From positions 1,044,672-1,108,671 of the forward strand of contig CAWAMH010000007.1 of NCBI GenBank assembly GCA_963783135.1: a stretch of 64,000 bases of DNA, in the 5' to 3' direction. Made by a program: the position numbers and the translations under genes. Below the pieces are notes generated by a model. It was not told the DNA's origin. It saw nothing but the letters and a program-made list of their open reading frames with translations, and did no database searches. Origin of the DNA: an uncultured Chloroflexia bacterium (GTDB lineage Bacteria; Chloroflexota; Limnocylindria; Limnocylindrales; CSP1-4). Below, one piece after another: positions 60,288-64,000 of this stretch; the stretch's first letter is position 1, and each line of letters opens with the position of its first letter.

Positions 60288-60905
60288 ATGGCTCGCGACG
60301 AGGAGCGCCTGACGCGCTCGCAGGAAGACCCGATCGTCGGTGGACTGCCCGATGTCCCCGGGATCCTCACGGCCCTCCGGTTGACACCCGAGCTCGGCAT
60401 CCATCTGCGCGGTCTCGCCGACGAGCTGCTCGTCAACGACTTCGAGGGGGCGACCCTCAAGCGCGCCGAACGGGAGATGCTCGCGACCGCCGTCTCGGCC
60501 GGAAACGACTGCTTCTACTGCATGGATTCGCATGGCGCGTTCGCGAGCGCGCTGCTCGAGCGCGACGGCGCGACGGACCTCACGCCGTTGGTCGACGTCG
60601 TCAAGGTCGGCTCGTCCGAGGGATTCGATCCGAAGATGCGCGCGCTGCTGCACATCGCCAGGACCGTGCGCCGCGAGCCCCGCGAGCTCACCTCCGCGGA
60701 TGTCTCGGCGGCTCACGCGGCCGGCGCCTCCGATGCGGACGTCCAGCTGGCGGTGCTCATCGCGGCCGCGTTCTCGATGTACAACCGGATGGTCGAGGGC
60801 TTCCGGGCGAGGACCCTCCCGAGTGCCGACGCCTATCGGTCGCGCGCCGGCGAGATCGCGGCCCACGGCTACAGCGACAACCGGGTGACGTCGGTCCCGA
60901 GCTGA
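60288..60905 (+). CDS. AhpD/carboxymuconolactone decarboxylase family protein
   Basis: EREMLATAVS..NDCFYCMDSH, MYNRMV; AGGAGG RBS. Confidence 0.85.
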   Translation: MARDEERLTRSQEDPIVGGLPDVPGILTALRLTPELGIHLRGLADELLVNDFEGATLKRAEREMLATAVSAGNDCFYCMDSHGAFASALLERDGATDLTPLVDVVKVGSSEGFDPKMRALLHIARTVRREPRELTSADVSAAHAAGASDADVQLAVLIAAAFSMYNRMVEGFRARTLPSADAYRSRAGEIAAHGYSDNRVTSVPS

Positions 60906-60977
60906 ACGCCCACCCGGACGATCTCGTCCAGACGTTGCCACGCGGCCACTGCCGCGACCACGGATCAAGGAGATGAG

Positions 60978-61337
60978 ATGAACCTCAACAGCATCCTGAT
61001 CGGATCCGAGGATCCGCAACGCCTGGCGACCTACTACACGCGTCTGTTCGGTGCGCCGGGCTGGGAGGATGGCGGCTACAGCGGCTGGCAGGTCGGCACC
61101 GGCTTCGTCTCGGTCGGACCGCACGACCAGGTCACCGGTCGGAGCCCGCAGCCCGGACGCGTGATCTGGAACATCGAGAGCCCCGACGTCCCAGCCGACT
61201 TCGAACGGCTCAAGGGCGCCGGTGCCATCGTCATCCGCGAGCCGTACCACCCCGGCGAGGTGCCCGAGGCCTGGATCGCCACGTTCGCCGATCCTGACGA
61301 CAACTACTTCCAGCTCATGAGCCAGATGTCGATGTGA
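60978..61337 (+). CDS. VOC family protein
   Basis: DPQRLA.YY..LFG, ATFADPDDNYFQL; AAGGAG RBS. Confidence 0.82.
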   Translation: MNLNSILIGSEDPQRLATYYTRLFGAPGWEDGGYSGWQVGTGFVSVGPHDQVTGRSPQPGRVIWNIESPDVPADFERLKGAGAIVIREPYHPGEVPEAWIATFADPDDNYFQLMSQMSM

Positions 61338-61406
61338 CGTTCGACCATCCGACGTCAGCCGGGCGTCGGATCGTAGCCCAAGCGCGCCGGAGAGTCGACT
61401 GGTCGA

Positions 61407-64000
61407 GTGGACACCCAGGAGCTCGTTTGCGTGGCTTGCGGGCGGGCGAACCCGTCCGTGTTCAGCTTCTGTGGCGCCTGCGGGGCGAGCCTGGAACCGG
61501 TCTGCCCGTCGTGCGCTGCGCCGATCTCGAGAGGACTCGCGTTCTGCGGTCGCTGCGGAGCCCGTCTGCCTGACGCAACGGCGACGGCTGGCCGCGTCGC
61601 GGCGGGCCACCCCGACGGCTCACCGCCAGACAGCAGCAAGACGGGACTCGAGAGCGCGACCGAGGAGCGCAAGGTCGTCACCGTCCTGTACGCCGATCTC
61701 GTGGCGTCGACCGAGCTCGCCACGCAGCTCGACCCCGAGGAGCTCCGGGCGATCCTCGGGCCGTTCTTCGAGACGATGGCCGACGAGATCGCCCGCCACG
61801 GTGGGACCGTGGAGAAGTACATCGGCGATGCGATCGTTGCGGTCTTCGGCCACCCCGTCGCCCATGAGGACGATGCCGAGCGAGCGGTCCGGGCCGCCCT
61901 GGCGATGCAGGCCCGTCTGGTCCGCGACCGCCGGTTCTCGTACGGGACCGACGGGCGCCTCGCGATGCGGATCGGCGTGAATACCGGCGACGTGCTGGCT
62001 GGCCCCGCCTCGGACCGCGGAGGCGCCGTGACCGGTGACGCGATCAGCCTGGCCGCTCGGATCCAGTCGCTGGCCCCGGCGGGCTCGGTCGTCGTCGCGG
62101 ATCGGACTCGACGGGTGACCCGTCGAGCGTTCGCCTATCGTGACCTGGGCGAGGCGACGCTGAAGGGCGTCGACCGTCCGATCCCGGTCTGGGAGATCGT
62201 TCCCGACGCCCAGCCGAGCGTCGAGCCGAGCGACCTGCGATCGGTGATGGTCGGGAGGGACGGCGAGCTCGTCCTCCTGCGCGCGCTGTTCGACCGAACC
62301 ATCCGGGCGCGGGCGCCGACGCTGGTGACCCTCATGGGCCCGCCTGGGATCGGCAAGAGCCGCCTGGCCCACGAGTTCGCCAGCTCGGTACCAGACGCGC
62401 GGGTGGTCCGGGGACGGTGCCTTCCGTACGGCGACGGGGTCGCCTACTGGGCCATGGCCGAGATCCTCAAGTCCGAGGCTGGGATCCTCGACAGCGACCC
62501 GCCCGAGACGATCGCAGCGAAGGCGACCGGCCGCCTGGGTCAGCGCTTCGTGGGGACCGACGAGGCGTTCCGCACCACGGAGGTGCTCCTGTCGTCCATC
62601 GGGATCGGGCTCGGATCGGATCCGCTCGCCGACCTCGACCCAGCTGTGGCCAGACGCGCCATCGCTGCAGCCTGGCAGCGGTACTTCGAGTCGATCTCGA
62701 GCGAGGGCCCGGTCGTGGCGCTCATCGAGGACATCCACTGGGCCGAGGCGGGCCTGCTCGACCTGCTCGAGTCCCTGGCCGGCTCCGTGTCGGGTCCGGT
62801 CCTCCTCGTGTGCACCGCCCGGCCGGAGGTCTGGGAGCGGCGCCCCAGCTGGGGTGCTGCCCTCGCGAACGCGAACACGATGGCGCTGGCGCCGTTGTCC
62901 GGTGCCGACGGCGTCGAGCTGGTCCACCGCCTCCTCGCCGGGGAAGGTCCGCCCGAGATCGTCGAGCGCGTGCTCCACCAGTCGGAAGGCAATCCGTTCT
63001 ACGTGGGCGAGCTGCTCCGGATGATGGTCGACGACGGGACGCTCGAACGCTCGAGCAGTGGCGGTTGGCGGGCGACCCGATCGCTGCCGTCGGCCTTGCC
63101 CGACACGGTCCAGGGCGTCATCGCCTCGCGACTCGACCTGCTGACGCGAACCGGCAAGCGCGCCATCCAGGACGCGTCGGTCGTCGGGCGCGTGTTCTGG
63201 CCGGGCGTCCTGGCCCGACTGGGTCCCGGCGAAGCCCTGGCGGTCACGGACGAGCTGGTCGACAAGGGCTTGGTCGTGGAACGCGACGGCTCGGCGATCG
63301 AGGGTGAGCGCGAGCTCATGTTCAACCACGTCCTGACCCGCGACGTGGCCTACGCCAGCATCCCGCGTGCGCGGCGGGTCGAGGCGCACGCCATCGTCCT
63401 GGACTGGATCGAGCAGGTGACCGGTGGGCGCGACGAGGAGTTCGCCGAGATCCTGTCGCACCACGCCAGCGAGGCAGGCGACCTCGAGCGGTCGGCCCGG
63501 TTCGCGATGCTGGCTGGCTACCGACATCGCCGCGTGTACGACGCCGACGAGGCGATCCGCTGGTACGACCGCGCGCTGGATGCGCTGGATCGCCAGGGGT
63601 CGGAGCCCGCAGCGCTCGTCCGGTTCGAGACCCTGCTCGCTCTGGGCGAGGCGTACGAGCAGCTCGGGCGGTTCGCGGAGGCCCGGTCGGGCTTCGAGCG
63701 CGCCCTCGAGGTCGCTCGGCTGCGACCGACGGGCAGCCGCGAGTGGCTCGAGGGCCGGGCCCTGGCCGCGCTCGTCCAGGTGGACTGGAGTGCCGGCTGG
63801 CTCGACGATGCGGAGGCGCTCCTGCCGCAGGCGCTCGAGGCTGCCGTGGATCAAGGTGCCGACGATCTCATCGCCCTGCTGTCGTCGGGTGCCGGGTCGA
63901 CCGCCCTCCTCCGGGGCGACCCGACCAGCGCCATCGCCCTCCACGAGCGAGCTCTCGCGGTGGCGCAGGAGGCCGAAGACCGCGAAGCCGAGGCTGTGGC
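61407..64000 (+). CDS. Double zinc ribbon + class III cyclase + AAA ATPase + TPR protein (runs off window end)
   Basis: Hand translation: CVACG...FCGACG...CPSC...FCGRCG, EERKVVTVLYADLVAST, EKYIGDA, GPPGIGKS, EDIHWA, GNPFY; absent from the ORF track because no stop occurs in the window. Confidence 0.88.
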   Translation, partial: MDTQELVCVACGRANPSVFSFCGACGASLEPVCPSCAAPISRGLAFCGRCGARLPDATATAGRVAAGHPDGSPPDSSKTGLESATEERKVVTVLYADLVASTELATQLDPEELRAILGPFFETMADEIARHGGTVEKYIGDAIVAVFGHPVAHEDDAERAVRAALAMQARLVRDRRFSYGTDGRLAMRIGVNTGDVLAGPASDRGGAVTGDAISLAARIQSLAPAGSVVVADRTRRVTRRAFAYRDLGEATLKGVDRPIPVWEIVPDAQPSVEPSDLRSVMVGRDGELVLLRALFDRTIRARAPTLVTLMGPPGIGKSRLAHEFASSVPDARVVRGRCLPYGDGVAYWAMAEILKSEAGILDSDPPETIAAKATGRLGQRFVGTDEAFRTTEVLLSSIGIGLGSDPLADLDPAVARRAIAAAWQRYFESISSEGPVVALIEDIHWAEAGLLDLLESLAGSVSGPVLLVCTARPEVWERRPSWGAALANANTMALAPLSGADGVELVHRLLAGEGPPEIVERVLHQSEGNPFYVGELLRMMVDDGTLERSSSGGWRATRSLPSALPDTVQGVIASRLDLLTRTGKRAIQDASVVGRVFWPGVLARLGPGEALAVTDELVDKGLVVERDGSAIEGERELMFNHVLTRDVAYASIPRARRVEAHAIVLDWIEQVTGGRDEEFAEILSHHASEAGDLERSARFAMLAGYRHRRVYDADEAIRWYDRALDALDRQGSEPAALVRFETLLALGEAYEQLGRFAEARSGFERALEVARLRPTGSREWLEGRALAALVQVDWSAGWLDDAEALLPQALEAAVDQGADDLIALLSSGAGSTALLRGDPTSAIALHERALAVAQEAEDREAEAV

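Overview
High-GC bacterial window. Gene content and style suggest Chloroflexota or a similar soil lineage (inference only). The main find is at the left edge (225-5542): a compact RiPP-like operon. It encodes a PqqD/RRE protein, an HPr-kinase-like kinase, a soluble S26-type peptidase, two unannotated tandem 33/36-aa precursor peptides (YESPEI leader, CTRYCDF core), an ABC exporter and a nucleotidyltransferase. No cyclase, radical SAM, YcaO or Lan enzyme for this operon is in view. Housekeeping genes follow: add, lipA, a 2-oxoacid dehydrogenase operon split by an opposite-strand cNMP/cyclase cassette, plsY, glpKD and mutY. Next comes a collapsed dihydroxyacetone-PTS operon facing an atypical DhaL coupled to a two-component system, and a beta-carbonic anhydrase with a Cys-rich upstream ORF. 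tRNA-Gln is followed by a 2.6-kb att-flanked islet carrying a P1B-5-hemerythrin ATPase. The accessory right half holds vapBC, a FIST + cyclase pair, an RnfD-like membrane protein and a STAND cyclase. Several isolated +1 frameshifts suggest indel errors in the sequence. All product calls come from motif recognition by eye; no searches were run.
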